A DNA stretch of 64,000 nt from Octopus bimaculoides (lineage: Eukaryota): contig NC_068989.1 of the NCBI RefSeq assembly GCF_001194135.2, positions 68,830,432 to 68,894,431 of the forward strand, in the 5' to 3' direction. The translations under genes were made by a program, and so were the position numbers. The notes under the pieces were generated by a model. It was not told the DNA's origin. It made no database searches and saw only the letters and a list, made by a program, of their open reading frames with translations. Positions 40,839 to 55,800 of this stretch are shown here, piece by piece. The stretch's first letter is position 1. Each line of letters starts with the position of its first letter.

Positions 40839-43114
40839 CTAAAAATAAATTTGCAAACATTCCTTTAATCCAAATATCAAAATTAGTAATAAAAAAAAAA
40901 AGCAATCATTAGTTATATAATATTTGTTGATTGATATCACACATTCCAGGCACAATAGGTGAATCAAAATTAACTTGAAACTTTAAAAAGAAAAACTTTA
41001 AGTGTCTTTGAGAAGTGGTGCACAAATTGCCTAAACTCCAAAATAACACTTTGTCAGTTCTTGAATACCTTTAAATAAAACTTACATATCGAGCCTCCTG
41101 CCAGGTTCTCTTCACAAATGTGAACTGACCTCCAACCAAGATGGTCACAAATATATACCTTTTAATCCAATTAGATTTTAACTCAAATATCGACTGTGTA
41201 AATTAATGGTTAAAATCAATTTTGAATTAGACAAGTGGTTATTTAGGAAAAAAACAACCTCGATATCAACTATGCTCTGGAACAACTAACTTACTTCATA
41301 GAGAGATATTAAAATTGCAGACACAATTTGCAGGCTTTTTGAAGGTTTTCTATTATATTAAAAGCCTCTAGATTTTCTTCCTTCTGTTAAACTAAAAATA
41401 TTAGACTTCAAGTTTCGCCAAACAGCTTTATTTAACTAGTCTTACAAAATATAACAATTTTCTGTTTTGTATTTTCAATAAAAAGTGTAACATGTCTATT
41501 TTCAATGCACAAAGTATATATGATTTGTTTAATATATCGTTATTATATAGTATATAAAAAAGTTGAGAAGGGTTTCTGTAATAGGCTGGATGATCACTTT
41601 GCAGGCTACAAAAGTCACTGATCTAATAGTTATGGTCTTTATCTATTACATCTAGAAAAATTGAGGCATGTAGGATAAAATTTCCAGTACAGTAGTACAA
41701 TGAAACACTAGCAAAGATCATAACCCATGGATGGTTGATCGAATACTATACACTTGGTCATTTTCTTTGTGTAAATAAAACTGTAATTTGGTGACCTAGT
41801 CAGCTATTGATAGCAGTAACTGAATGTTATAAATATAAATGTATTTTATTTTTAACATTGCTCAAAATATATTTACAAGAATCAGTCCTCACATATATAA
41901 ATAAAGCAGAAAGCTAAAATCTAACCATGTCCGACTAACATTCGACTGTGTAACAGAAAAAAAAAAGAAAAAGAAAACTATATCAGTAGCTGTTCTACCA
42001 CCTCACTGATAAATAAACACCTATTGTCAGTTATGATTCATGCAAATGAAAATAACTGAAAATAAATTTGCAAGTCTACTCATGAGGAAAAAAGGACATT
42101 TAGTATATTTACATTTAAATATCAATTACACTAACCAATAATGCTCAATTATTATATTCACCACTTTCAAATTAACTATAACCAAAGTAATATGACAATG
42201 GAGTTACCTTAAGGAAAAATATCTATAACTAAAGCAAAAAGAGGGAAAAGTATTAAGTAATATAATAGATGCCAGGTAGGCATACTACTGTTTAGATTAA
42301 AGGCCTGTTATTTCACAAGCTCTGTTAAATGACAGACTTAGCAGGATTGAAAAACTTATGTCAGATCTCAGGAGGATGTTTTTATAATTTTACTTTACAA
42401 GCTAACACCAGACAAGTGAGCAAAGTAAAAACTGAATCAGGAAACAGAATAACTCCTGAAGTATAAATAACTTTGCTTGTTATTTGTAAAAACATTTCCC
42501 ACTCAAAAGTTTTTACTTCCAATTATTTAAATCAAGATGATTTTCAGTAAATTGTTAAATTTTCAAATTAAGTCAATTATAATACCAAAACAGTTTAAGA
42601 TCAAAGAATAATGTCTGTAAAATATTAATGTACAATGGCTTAATTCAATGCAATAACAATTAAGCGATAATTGAAAATTACCAGCAGATAATTTTTATCA
42701 CAAATTAAAATTAATCAAGACAAAAACAAAAAGGCAAAATTTCAATGACATTTATTTTTAAGGATAAGCTTCAAATACTCAAGTAATTCTTAAATATATT
42801 TGCATTCTAAAGTAGCGTATATAAATAGAATTAAGTTATATAAGATGTTCAAGGAGTTTAAATAAGAGAAAATAGCTTGATAATATGTCATTATTTAGCA
42901 TGCAGATTACATCATACTGTACACAGTAATCTCTTCAGAGAAAAAATTATGGATATATTTCTGATCTGAACAGAAAGTCTAATGAAAGGATGTCTTATTC
43001 TAAGATTCTTAAAATATAATCAATGATTAAAACACTGGTGAAAATTTAGCTTCTAATTGTCAGCCATCATCCTTTGACTGTCCAGATGATATTACAGCAA
43101 TTTAACTTAAGTAC

Positions 43115-43526
43115 AGGAATGGATGTGTAACCACACAGCCATTCACTTTCCAAACATGTGGTTTCTCGTTCAGTCCCACTACATGGCACCTTGGGTAAGT
43201 GTCATCTACCGATGAACTGATCAAAGCCTTGTGAATGGATTTGGTAGATGGAAACTGAAAGAAGCTCATTGTGTGTGTGTGTGTGTGTGTTGTCTCAACA
43301 TCTTGATATCACAAAATAGTTGTAAATGAGTGTCACCATCATACAAATGTTTCCAATCTTCCATAAAACATGTCTCACTATGAGGAAACATTGCCTTACC
43401 TGGGAAACAACAGGTGAGGGTTGGTGACAGGAAGGGCATCCAGTTGTAGAAAATTTGCCTCAACAAGTTCCACCTGACCCATGCAAACACAGAAAATCAG
43501 ATAGTAAAATAATGACAATGATGATA
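43115..43526 (+). mobile_element. Composite SINE (family A), near full length, abutting the donor of exon 43533-43766
   Basis: tRNA-like head, GGCACCTTGGG.AAGTGTC core, GGATTTGGTAGA.GGAAACTGAAAGAAGC, internal (TG)n, then GGAAGGGCATCCAG...ACCCATGCAA and a (GAT)n tail. Confidence 0.85.
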
Positions 43527-43532
43527 ACTTAC

Positions 43533-43766
43533 TTTGAGATAGGATCCAAAATACTTGGTGACATAGGAACTGTCACATTGTGACAGCACCATGATCTCTT
43601 GTTGAATATCTTCAATTTCATCTTCAGCTTCTTCAAGATCTATGATCTTAATAGCAACAATCTGTTTGCTTTCATTGTCAATTCCTTTGAAGACCTCTCC
43701 AAAAGAACCTTTTCCAATTTTCTGTAATTTGGAGAATTTGGTTTCTGGATCAACTTGATTTTTCCT
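43533..43766 (-). CDS. GckIII (STK24/25/26): Kinase exon: [78 protein letters not shown]
   Basis: ttattttgcag|AGG...AAA|GTAAGT; 234 nt, phase 0-0. Contains the Gly-rich loop, VAIK lysine and alphaC helix. Confidence 0.97.
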
Positions 43767-45157
43767 CTGCAAAATAATTTTTAAAAATTAAACTAAGAAT
43801 AATCATTATGTTAAAAACAAAAACATGATAAGGAACAAACTACTGAAGGAATTATATTCATTAAAAACTCTTCCTTACATCAATAGAGAAATATTCAAAT
43901 CATCATTCTCTAAAGTGAACTATTTGTTGATAGGAAATGCTGATGAGAATCTATTTGAAACATCAAGATTTAATAATAATAACAGGTACATCTGGACTGA
44001 TATTATACAAAACAATTACAAGGATGGAAATGTTATTTCTTTAGACATTAATTCTTATTAGTGTTTACAATAACAGGAGTAAATCATTAGCTGAAGGGTA
44101 GAAAACAAAGCAGCCTTTGTAACAGTTACACAATGACCTAACAGTATTCATAATGGATTCATATTCCTGATGGACTAATCATTTTGGCCAACTGACTGAC
44201 TAAATCTAGAATTTTCTGACCTATCAACCCACCAATATATTGGCAAGCAATCTATAAGCCGTCAGTATTATTTTGTTGTAAAGCAAATGTCTATTAGTTT
44301 TATTGCACTGGTACTGTTATATTTCACTTTGTCAAATCTTCCTGGTTGAAGATGAAGTTTATGATGTAACAGCAACAAGCTTGCATCCTAAATTGTTTCT
44401 TTTTACCCTAGGTTGAAACATGCAATCTTTCATGTCATAAATTTAAAACTAGACTTTACAACAATTCCTCAAGAAAAGCCACCCCTCCCAACATCAAAAT
44501 TTCAAGAAATTACAAGTCAGAAAGGTATTATGCTTACAATAGAGGAATGTATATAATGAGATAAAAACCTATCAACAATTTCTAAAAAAATCTGCTATCT
44601 ATTCTGACATATCAGTTAACCAAGGCAATGCAAAACAAGGTGTTCTGTGCTGAAGTAAATTTGAACTCAATAACATTATAAAAATCTACGCAGCAATTCT
44701 ACTACTTAAACAACATCTGAAAAAACAAAAAAAAAACTCTTTTACTATCTCCAGGTTATATGTTGCCAAGTGCCTTCTTTAATGCAACAATACCATCTAT
44801 TATGGTATTGTTTTCTCCACATTCCTATAGCTTTCAGTCTGTAAAAATAATTTTCTCATTCTGGAAACAGACTGACAGATTCCAGAACAACAAGCTAACT
44901 ACCAGAGATAACATCACTGTTTACATTTGCATCTTTATTTTCTATATCTTTACTTTATATTTTCCAACTCCATACATATCTTTTCTCTATGGTTGTCCGT
45001 TTTTAATTTGATTAAAATAATTATCACCACAAATTTCTGCATAAAGCTCTGCATTGAAACCCTATCCAGCTACCAGTGAAAGATTTTGTCACAAATTTTT
45101 TCACCCACCTCTAACTTACATATTCTACCACCAGGCTCTAACATCTGTAATACACAC

Positions 45158-45208
<51 letters not shown>

Positions 45209-46000
45209 TCATAGCAGCATATCAGCTCTCAAATATACACTAACTGATGCATCAGTTATAATCACATTCCCAATTCACTTGTGCTAAATTTAACTCAAAT
45301 TTACAATTGAATGCAGATTCATCAGGTATGAAGATATAAAAGGGTTTCCATGAGGTAAATTAAATCTATAATTACCTATCTTACAAAAAAAAAATAAAAT
45401 AAACAAAAAAACTCGATTAAAAAAAAAAGGCTTCAAAGGGAAAGATAAAATGTTTTTTTATGGATCTGAAAAATGTTGAAAATGCTATGACAAGCTCAAA
45501 AGACAATGTTTGATACATTATGTTAATACATAATCATACATAATATTGCAAGTTATAATATTCATGTGGATATCTTTCAACTCTGGATACCAAACTAAAT
45601 GAGAAAAATACACCGAAAGATATAGAAATAACCACAGCTACCTATTTGTAGCTTAACGATTATAAATGCCTAACAGTGTAATTTATAATTTTGACTAATA
45701 TGCCTTGGAATATCCCATTCTGAACATATATAGTACTAGCTACATTTAAAATTGTAGACCACTTCTTTAACCTTCCTAGTCTAAAAAACATCCTTTTTGA
45801 TAATAATCCTGTATTGTTCTAATAATAAAGGGTGTGCCTATCTATTAAAAAAAGTTCAAGTAGAAAATATTATCAAACCATCGCAGATTTTTGCTTTTCT
45901 AAAGCAACTAAAACAACTTATTGAACATGATTGCACAAATATTACTGAAGCACCATCCAAGCAATGAATACATTAAGCAATCAACCTATTGCTTAAATGC

Positions 46001-46077
<77 letters not shown>

Positions 46078-49000
46078 CAATAGTTTATCCTTCTTCTCCA
46101 GTTGTATATTTTATTACTAAAACTGATGATTAAAATTACATATTAATTATAAGTTACTGCCTCCTAAACTGATTTACATTTATATTAAAATAATTGAATG
46201 CTTATACTTTGTCACTACTGTTAAACATATTATGAAAATAGTATTATGCTAAACAAAAGATTGTATATAAAACAAATAAAATCACAAACTTTTACAAGTG
46301 GTTGCTTTATTTAATTTTCGTTTAAAACTACAAAACAGGCCTGATGGTGACGCTGATGGTGGTGGTAGTGATGATGGTGATGAACAATAACAAACATAAA
46401 AAGTAGCACATGCTGCAGATTGATAATGGCAGTAAGTTACATCCTGCTTTTCAAATACCACTAACTCAGTCTTTCCTGCCAAGATTTATCATATTTCCTA
46501 AAACAACAACTGATTTTGTGCTAATAGACGCCACTTCAAAAGGGATTGGGTTCAGAAAGTTTGGTTTAGGTAACGATTTAGTTAGTAAGAAAACCGAATC
46601 CTCTCTGCCACAAAAGAAAAAGTGAAAAATTAAGGAAAGAAGTAGAATCCAATACATTTTGCTCAATATCTTTATCTTTTATTTGTTTTAGTCATTGAAC
46701 TGCAGCCAATGGGCTTCTTTCAGTTTCCATCAACTAAATTCACTCACAAGGCTTCGGTCAGCCTGAGGCTATAGCAGAAGACAATTGCTTAGGATGCCAT
46801 GCAGTGGGACTGAACCCACTACCAAGTGGTTGGGAAGCAAGCTTCTTACCACACAACCTATATGATAATAATGATAAAAAAAATTTTTAACTCTTTCAGA
46901 GGTTTTCACAAGTAAAGATCTGTATGTTGTAAGAAATGATAACTAAAATTAAACTTAAAAAAATAAAAGAAAATATAGGCAGAACAAAGGCATATAGAAC
47001 CATGTTAAAAGCATAACCCTGTGGCAAAACTCAGAGCCAGTCCACAGTAGAATTTATATCTTAATAACCAACTGGAAGAAAACAATGTTGACCCCTAAGA
47101 TGTTGCTTCAGAATTTAAGCATTGAGATTGTGAAACCAAAGGCAAAACAAAATTCAATTTGTTTATATCTTTTCATATTTAGTTGTGTGTCACTGTCATT
47201 TATCTCCACTATTCTATGAAAGACATGTCTGGAGAAACATTATCTTGCTTGGAAACATGAGGGTTAGCAACGGGAAGGGCATCCAGCTGTAGAAAATCTG
47301 CCTCAATAAACTACATCCAACCCATGTAAATATGGAAAAGTTGATATTACAATGATGATGATGGCTCATGCCACTATCAGATGATAATTGTGGAAATTCA
47401 GACATTCATATGAGCAAAATATTTTAGATAGCTGAAGGTCTTTCTTGACCTTCAAATATAAAATGTAAGTAATTTTCAGTACTTTGCCTTAGAGCAAAAT
47501 ACAAGAGATAACAGAATTACTTAGCTATCAGAAAGAAAAACATATATTTGTATCCGTGATGTTAGACAGTAGGGAAATCTGAAGAGTAAAGAGATAAAGT
47601 TTATTTTTTAAAAATAGATAAATTTTGATTTCATTTCAAGTGACAAAGCGGTGTTTAGGGATTCATCATCATTCAAGATACATATTCCATGTTGGGACAG
47701 GTTGGATGGTTCAACAGGATCCGACTAGCATGAGGGCCATGTTGGTCTCCAATGGCTGCTTTGGCAAGGTTTCTATGGCTGGATGCTTGCTCTTCCTAAC
47801 ATTAACCACTTTACAGAGTGTACTGGGTGTATTTCTTCATGGCACCCTGCATTAATGAGGTCACTAAGTAACTCACAAGACAAGACTCTTAGACAGAGTG
47901 GAGGTGCTTCAAATGCATCAGTTAGTATCTTCACCTAACCTCAACAACACATGATGCTTAATGAACATTTGTATAAAAAAACTCCTGGATAGTATACTAG
48001 ACTACTGAAGGTAGTTTCTTCAGAAATTTTGTTTACCTATTCTCAATGTAAGCAAACCAAAACAAAAATGAAGTACCCTGCTTACAGATATAGCGAAACA
48101 CCTGCAGTAGGATATGAACTCAGCTCCTGAACCAATAACCTTGTCCAAGTTTCCATTTCACTATAAATACATGCAAACAGACACACACATTTTGGTTGTT
48201 TCATGTTACTGATGAACATACTATCTAATATATAATGCGTAGCATATGTTTATAATTTAAAAAAAAAAAAAACCACATGGACCTTCAGTCTTCACTGCAA
48301 TATACCTCTGTCAGTAACACACATCAGGGAAATGCAAGTAAATTTCAGTTAGATGCAAGTAGGTATCTAATTATATTTGCTGAGCACTGAGAATATGATT
48401 TGAGTTTAATACTAAATAACAAGGTATTTCTCTGTAACTGGAGTATGATTAATTCGCTGTTATCAACAAAGCTAAAAATACTGTATCTAAGGATAATACT
48501 ATTTAGCACATGGTATGGTAGATGGCAGAATTAGAAGAGCATTGGATAAAACATCTCGGTTACAAACATTTGCATTGTGAGTTCAAAACCTGCGCAGGTC
48601 TACTTTGCCTTTCATCCCTCCAAGTTTGATAAATATGTAATCGACAATACCCTTGAAGGTGCTGTCTCAACATAGCTACAGTCCAATGATTGAAAGCCGT
48701 AAAAGAATGTTGGAAAGCACAAGATAACATACCCACCCCCACTACAGGAGAATAGCACATGATTAAGTGACATGGGAAGATGTGCTGGACACCTACATAA
48801 CATGGCACAAAGGAGATTAGAAACAATGTTAATGATGATACATTTTTCAACCAGCAAAAGATTGCTCTATTAGACCATACACTAAGTTTGAGGTTTTAAA
48901 AACTAGGGCAAAATGAGACTATATGTGTGTGCACACTCTACATAGATGCATAAATCTTGTCCTCAATAATACAACTGAAGATAAAAAGCAGTAAACACAT

Positions 49001-49929
49001 TTATTACTATGAAGTACACAGACACACACATTCATTTGTTTCCTATCCATTTTCCCATTAAATGTATATATTATTGATGCATTGTTTCAGAGCAAGATGC
49101 TTTTCTAGTTGCTAACTCGTACCTGCTTTTCAACTAAGGGATATCTTATTTCACAGGCCTTTGAAGGCACTGGAGTGGATAGTTTGTTAAAAGAGGTGAC
49201 AACAACACTCTCACCAACAGACTTTTGTAGAGCGTAAATGTAAACACACATACACACACACAACAGCATTCTTTCAGCTTCTGTCACAAGGCTTTGGCTG
49301 GTTTGGTGTGGAAAACACTTGCCTAACATGTTGTACAGTTAGAAAGAACCCAGAACCACGTGACTGGGAATCAAACTTCTTAACCACACGGCCATATCAC
49401 ACACAAATATAAACAAGCACACAGGTGAAGATAAGTAAAAAATATTGTGGATAAATACTGAATCACACAGCATTCAAATAACAGGCAAACAAAATAAGGC
49501 ACTACACCATATTGTAAATGAGTGCCTCACAGTTGCATTTATTTTAATCAGGTTTTCTCCATCAATTAATACCAAGTGAAAAAACATGTATCTATCACTG
49601 TCAGTTGTAGCCTGGAGAAGAAATTACATACATTAGATGTGCATGCAATTTGTGTATATACAAACGTGTATTTATGCCTGCATGTGTGAATGAATGCTGT
49701 AGCTCTTAGGCTTAGAACAAGAAGAGTTTAGTGTTTACAACTTGGTTTCTATTCTGAATTTTGCTTTGACTTATAACACTAATGCTTCTGGAAAAGGAAT
49801 GAACACAATAACTCACTCCAATTCCACCTGAAGTCAATCAACTATCCTCTAATCACCTCACTAGACACATTAATTACCATTAATTAAATGTTCAAGTATA
49901 AAAAGGACTGGTTTGACTCTATGTAGATG

Positions 49930-50330
49930 TACTGTTAAGCTTGCTTCCCAACCACATGGTTTCGGGTTCAACCCTGCTGAGTAGCATTTTTGGCAAGTGT
50001 CTTATACTAGAGCCCTGGACCAACTAAAGTCTCATGAGTGGATGTGGTAGACGGAAAGATGAAAGATGCTTGTCATATGTATGTGTGTGTTTGTATCTCC
50101 TTGTCTTGACATTGTGTGATAGTTGTAAATGAGTGTCACTGTCATACAGTGGCATTAGTTTCCAATATTCTGTAAAAACATGTCTGGTCATGGGGAAATA
50201 TTACTTTGCATCAAAACAGGTGTGTGTTGGTAACAGAAATGGCATCCAGGACTAGAAAAACTTCCTCAGTAAACTGCCTAACCCATGCAAGCATGGGAAA
50301 GTGGATGTTAAAATGACAACAATGACAATA
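49930..50330 (+). mobile_element. Composite SINE family A, full-length copy; another at about 59147-59602(+)
   Basis: Same module order as 43115-43526. Partial copies at about 3589-3727(-), 6930-7110, 20010-20110(-), 22395-22700(+), 23760-24060(-), 27055-27210(-), 31080-31680(+), 33200-33600(-), 38975-39200(-), 39960-40115(-), 46711-46861(-), 47215-47365(-) and 49255-49400(-). Confidence 0.8.
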
Positions 50331-52640
50331 TTGTCTATTAGGGTGTCTGCTCAATACATTAAAGAGTCACAAATAATTCAGTTCTAATCATTCGTTAATC
50401 CTCTCCTAAAATTAAAGTGTGACTCATATTGTCGTACCACTCACATATCTGAAAGAGTACTGCAACCCCATATAAACTTCATAGACCACATTAAAAAATA
50501 AGCTGTTCTGCTGATTAGCACACACCAGAACACTACAGCCACTGGTTCACACTGCATAAATATCTATATATAATCAGCATAGTGACAAGCCAAGAGAAAA
50601 AATTTGAAGTTACCTTGACGTTAAGTTAATTCTTTTGTAAGCCATAAAAGAATATACGATTGTCATTTAACTCCAGATGAAACATTCTGTTAGGTGGAAA
50701 TGTAATAAATCTCCCAACTAAAAGAACAGTTTATATAATAAGTTACTTCAAACATTTGTCATCTATTGTCTCTCTGGGCTAGAAATATTAAGGACGATCT
50801 ATGAAAAATTGAAGTGTTATTCACACACACACACAGGGGGGGGGGGGTACGTGAATGGCTAAGTTCAGTGCTTGATAAACAACCCAAATGAGAGACTAGC
50901 ACTGCACTATGTGTCAAAGGTACTTAATGGCTCATTCCAGCTACTTTTGCACAGGTACTGCAAGATAGAAACAAATTACTGTTGTAAAGAAATGACTGTA
51001 TTGTAAAACTGACTAATATTTCATTAGTTTACAACAGTGTTTGAAAGCTTTAAATGTGGGTCAGGAGAAGGTAATGTGAGAGAAAGCGCTATCGAGAATG
51101 TCACATTAACATTTTTCTTTTTTTAAATGTAGATTAACATTGCATGTGTTTATTCACTTATTCTCTTTACAGGATAGTCCACAAGGAACTAGGTTCCAGT
51201 TGTTTCACCTCATAAAAATATTACAATAATACAACTACATATGCTGTGAGCTATATATAAATAAACAGAAAAGTTGGCAGAGTTACCATCAAAAGTTAAC
51301 ACCTGTCACTTGAGTGTTGATGGTAAAATAGGTTAGTTTATTAAAACAGAATTGTGCCCTTTAGAAAAGAAAAGAAAACAGAGCTTGATTATTTAAATTG
51401 TAACAGTAACTGATAGGCCAATTTAGAGAGAAAGTGTGCTTTGAACAAAAATAACACCAGACTGAAATCCACCAGTGAAAAACTACCTAGCAAAAGGTAA
51501 GAACAGTTTAAAAGATGCTTCCAGAAACTACTATGCATTATTTTGAATTCTTAACATTAATAGATACCTGTAAGCTTCACGCTGTTTAGGTTATTAATAG
51601 GTATTTCTGTGACAGCTGATATCAGTAAAAAATATTTTTTAAAAAATTTATGGTTTTTCTAAAGACGGTGAATAAGAATATTCTTGAAACATATTTCAAG
51701 AATTAAAATGAGTCTTAGGTTTCTCATACATTCTTAAAAATGTTAAGCATTAAAATATCCTATCTCTTATATATATATGTATGTATATATGTATATATGT
51801 ATATATGTATATATATATATATATATAAACCTTTCTTGTTTACCCTTTCCTGCTCACCACTAACTTGCAATAATTGAAACTGAACACTAACAACTACCTC
51901 AATTAGTTATCATTAGTCTTACTACATGTAGTAAAGCTTTAACAACCAAAAAATAAAAATAATTATAAATTTGATCGACCTGGCTTAATAACTATTTTCA
52001 GCTTACAATTACTCAAAAGTTATAGATATTTTTTATTCTTGATAACTTGAGGTTAATGCCACTATTTTCATAATTATTACTAATATATCAGTGTTATTTC
52101 ATACAGAATATCTGTATATTGCACATTTGCAGTAGTAATGCAAGTTATAAAAACCTCATTTTAGATGAGACATTGCTTTCATTAACAAGACAGTATATGA
52201 ATCATAATTCTTATTCACCTTATTAAGTTTGAATGGTTACTTAGATGATTGTGTGGTATATAAACAAATAATTAGTAACCTAAATTGACTTGTGTTTATT
52301 CAAGCATATTTTACTAGCATCTTGGACAGAGAGTAATTGAACAAAAGGAAATACCAACAACAAAATACTAAAGAAGCTCAGAATTACAATATCTACTTAT
52401 TGATTTTATAAACAATTAAGTTCATAGTTATATAATTCTAATTATGTAATATAGTACGAGACAGAACTTTCTTCATTAAACTTTAACAAATACACCACTA
52501 AACTGATAAGGATGATGATGACTGGAGAAAAAACTAATTCATGTTTCAGAATTCCAGTTTCAAGATTTCTCAACACTGATTGGTCAAAAGTGAAGTACAA
52601 AAATGATGAACTGATATGTAAAAATAAAATATTTTTAACA

Positions 52641-52824
52641 ATGGAACTCAAAGGAGAGAAGCTATAAATAATAGCATATAAAATATTGGGTTAAAAATGC
52701 CTTGGATGGGGAAAAAAGTCAAAGGCTACCCATTGAAGGTGTAGGCTCAAGTCCCATGGGTAGCCTTTGACATTTTTCCACCCAGGCAGGGTTTTTTGTA
52801 GCCCAATATTCTACATGCTATTAC
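52641..52824. mobile_element. Inverted-repeat MITE, copy 1 of the GGAACTCAAAG family
   Basis: Left arm TAGCATATAAAATATTGGGTTAAAAA...GAAAAAAGTCAAAGGCTACCCAT pairs with ATGGGTAGCCTTTGACATTTTTCC...CCCAATATTCTACATGCTA. It shares its terminus with 58267-58420. Confidence 0.75.
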
Positions 52825-55800
52825 AAATCAGAAAGTTCTGATTTGGTTTTGGTTAAAATATTTTGAAAGTCATGATAGTAACAAATAAAAAAAAATTAGC
52901 TCATAAAAATGCCAATTAAAAACACCAATGAATACTTAGTGTAAAGAGAAAATCAAATTTAATTCCAGTAGATTTCTATTAAAAGAAAATATTAACCTAC
53001 ATGTGCAGAATTGAGCTTGTTATGTGAATAAACACCAGTTAAGACAGCTGTAATTATAAAAACATATACTAAATTTTCTGGTATCTAAAGAATAATCTGA
53101 AATTAATGTATCACAGCCTGTAGAGTGCCTGGTGATACAGTATTAAAATTAGGGTTTTAAAAATTTTTTTATTAAATACTAGAATGATAGAATAACAATG
53201 TTCAAAAACTAGCTTAATTTTTTCTAATGGATAGCTGGATATAAAATATCTCCATTGATCCATCCAATGTCATGAATACTACAATAACATAAAATCATGT
53301 TAAAAACAAATTGAGATTCAAAGCCAATGACTAAAATCCAAACACAAACTATTAGACTTTTAAAACGATCTTACACTAAGTGTTAATAGTCAAATATATG
53401 AGATATGGAGACGTAGAAAGTATAGAGGTATGCATTGATGTGGCCATGCACTAACGCATACACAGAAATACCAACAACAACTTGGTCAGCCTCTAGGACA
53501 ATCTTCACCAAAGGCACTCCAATCACATACTACTTGGTTTGACATATTCCTAAAAAGAGGAGAATGTGTTGTGATTGAAGTGTCTAATAGATAATGATAC
53601 ATTCTGCCTGTGCACAAAGAATATAACCTTTGCACTTTTTAAAAAATTATTCAAATACAAGACACTTTTCAGTAAATTTCTTTAAAAGCAATGAACAACA
53701 GTAAAAAAAAAATCTATTACTGACAATTAACTTTTTCAAGTTCAAAATGAACACCAATTTAATGAGCACTTCTCCATGTTAGCATCAGCTGGACAAGTTT
53801 GCAATGTATGAAAAAATCATCTAAATGTTTCTTTGCTAAAGGCAATAGAAAATAATAACATGTAAATAACCTTAATCTGCTGGCAAAATCTAGGCCTGGT
53901 TGAATTAGCCATATTAGGTGTTAGCAATAAGAAGCATCCAACCTTATGTAATGATAAACTAAGCTACTTCCACTGCTGGTTTTATTGCAGTTAATTTGAT
54001 CATCAATGTACCACACCAACTTGTGGATTTGCTACAGAAACACACAGAAGCATCGATTGGTGATCTTGGATTTGTATAATCCATAAGTAGGATTGCTAAG
54101 GTTATTACACTTTGTAATATGCAAAAATCACAAATTCTGATGCAACATTAAAGCTAATACTTTAAAGGTGATAAAAGGTAATATAAAATAAGGAAAAATT
54201 AAATGGATGTAATACAAATAATAAATTCAAAATTATAACTATGAACAAGACTATTATATCAATTGTTGTAGCATATACTGATAAACAAATACATCAACCA
54301 TGGAGAGTATGTTAGTCACTCAGTATAGGTTTTCAGCTATCCTGCCTTTCTTCAACTTTTCATGATTATCTTTTGGTGGGGGGGAATGAAATAAGTAGTA
54401 TGTAAAAAATAAAAATTTTTAAAAAGACTATTTGAAACTATAAAAACAAATAAGTAGTCAAAAAGCATTGAAGGTGAGAACATTCAAAAAGATTGGGACT
54501 TGCTTCTTGTATTATTCTTACTGTCTCATTTTATAACCTCTTGCATTGAACAGTTTTGCTTAATCCTTTCTCATGCAAAATGCAAATCTTCTGAAGTACT
54601 CTCTATTAAATTTCTCTCTAGAGTCTGAGAGGACATTCAAAAGACATGGATAAGTATCACGCTTAACAACGGCACCAATTGTTCCTAGCATAGGCACAAG
54701 GCCCAAGATTTAAAGGGAGAAATTAGTTGGTTATATCAACCTCAGTACCTGACACTTTATTTATCTTATCAACCTTCAAAGGATGAAAGGCAAAGATGGT
54801 AGGATTTGAACTCTGAATGTTAAGAGCTACAACAAATACTATAAGACAATTTTTTTCAATGCTCTAATGCTTCTGCCAACTCACTATTCTAACAACAACA
54901 AAAGTAGTAGTAGTAGTAGCAGCAGTTATAAAGCATTGTATGAAATATTATCAACAAACCAACATAGTCCAGCCATCATTCATATACAATACAAGCACAC
55001 AGAGAAATTCATCAGTTATTACAAAACATCTTTCATTGAAGCTCACATCTTTTGAAGCCAGAATCATATTTCAATGTGTATCCCAAACAAAATATTCCCA
55101 TAGAGGTCTCTTTCAATTCTTCTCTGAGATTATGTAATCATTAAAGGAAGCATCATTAAGTATTGATAGCACAACATAACAGAACCACCTGTCTTTTTGT
55201 AGTAAAATCCAATACACTTTTGTCATTGGATACAGCAAATAAACCAAAAATGAATGCATAATATAAATTCTTTGATGAAAAATATTTTTCTGAGCTGAAA
55301 AATCACTATTAATTACAGATTACATAATATAAACAGAAATACTAACAGATAGATTTGAATATTTAATATAAAACCAAAGACCTATCTTAAACTATAAACC
55401 AGGTAGAGTAAAGCAGTGGGAAAAGATCTTAACCAGAAGATAAGAGAATGAAAGAGTAAGACGACCAATAAAACTGTCATACATTTTTGTGTAACTCAAT
55501 AGAAAAGTCTTATAGAACCCAATGTAGAAGGTACTGGTTGGGAAAATTGTACACTAAGTTGATGGGGGGGGGGGATGAATAAGGAAAGATTAGTTGGTAG
55601 TAGATAACATAAATATAGAATGATAGAGTTAGTGAGCTATCCTTATTTAGACAAATTATTCTATAAAAATTTACTGTCAGCCAAAGGTAGAATAATACCA
55701 AGTACCAAAATAGACAAAAAAATTGGCAATATACAATGCAGAATAGAAAAACGAAAATCAATTTTAATTGGAAACCAACTCTATTGTAGTAACTGAATAT

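Noticed and set aside
45120-45144. 25-nt pseudo-exon (tattacag|ATGTTAGAGCCTGGTGGTAGAATAT|GTAAGT) that would create a premature TAG if included
   Set aside because: The upstream sequence is (TA)n/(TG)n rather than a pyrimidine tract, and such matches are expected by chance in a 16-kb intron. It would need junction reads to be called a poison exon.
46400-46610. Strong minus-strand acceptor near 46606 followed by moderately GC-rich sequence, a possible alternative 5' exon
   Set aside because: There is no convincing donor, and no ATG in frame with the phase-0 downstream exon.
51283-51326. 10-bp inverted repeat TTACCATCAA...TTGATGGTAA
   Set aside because: It is too short to distinguish from chance in AT-rich DNA, and no second copy was seen.
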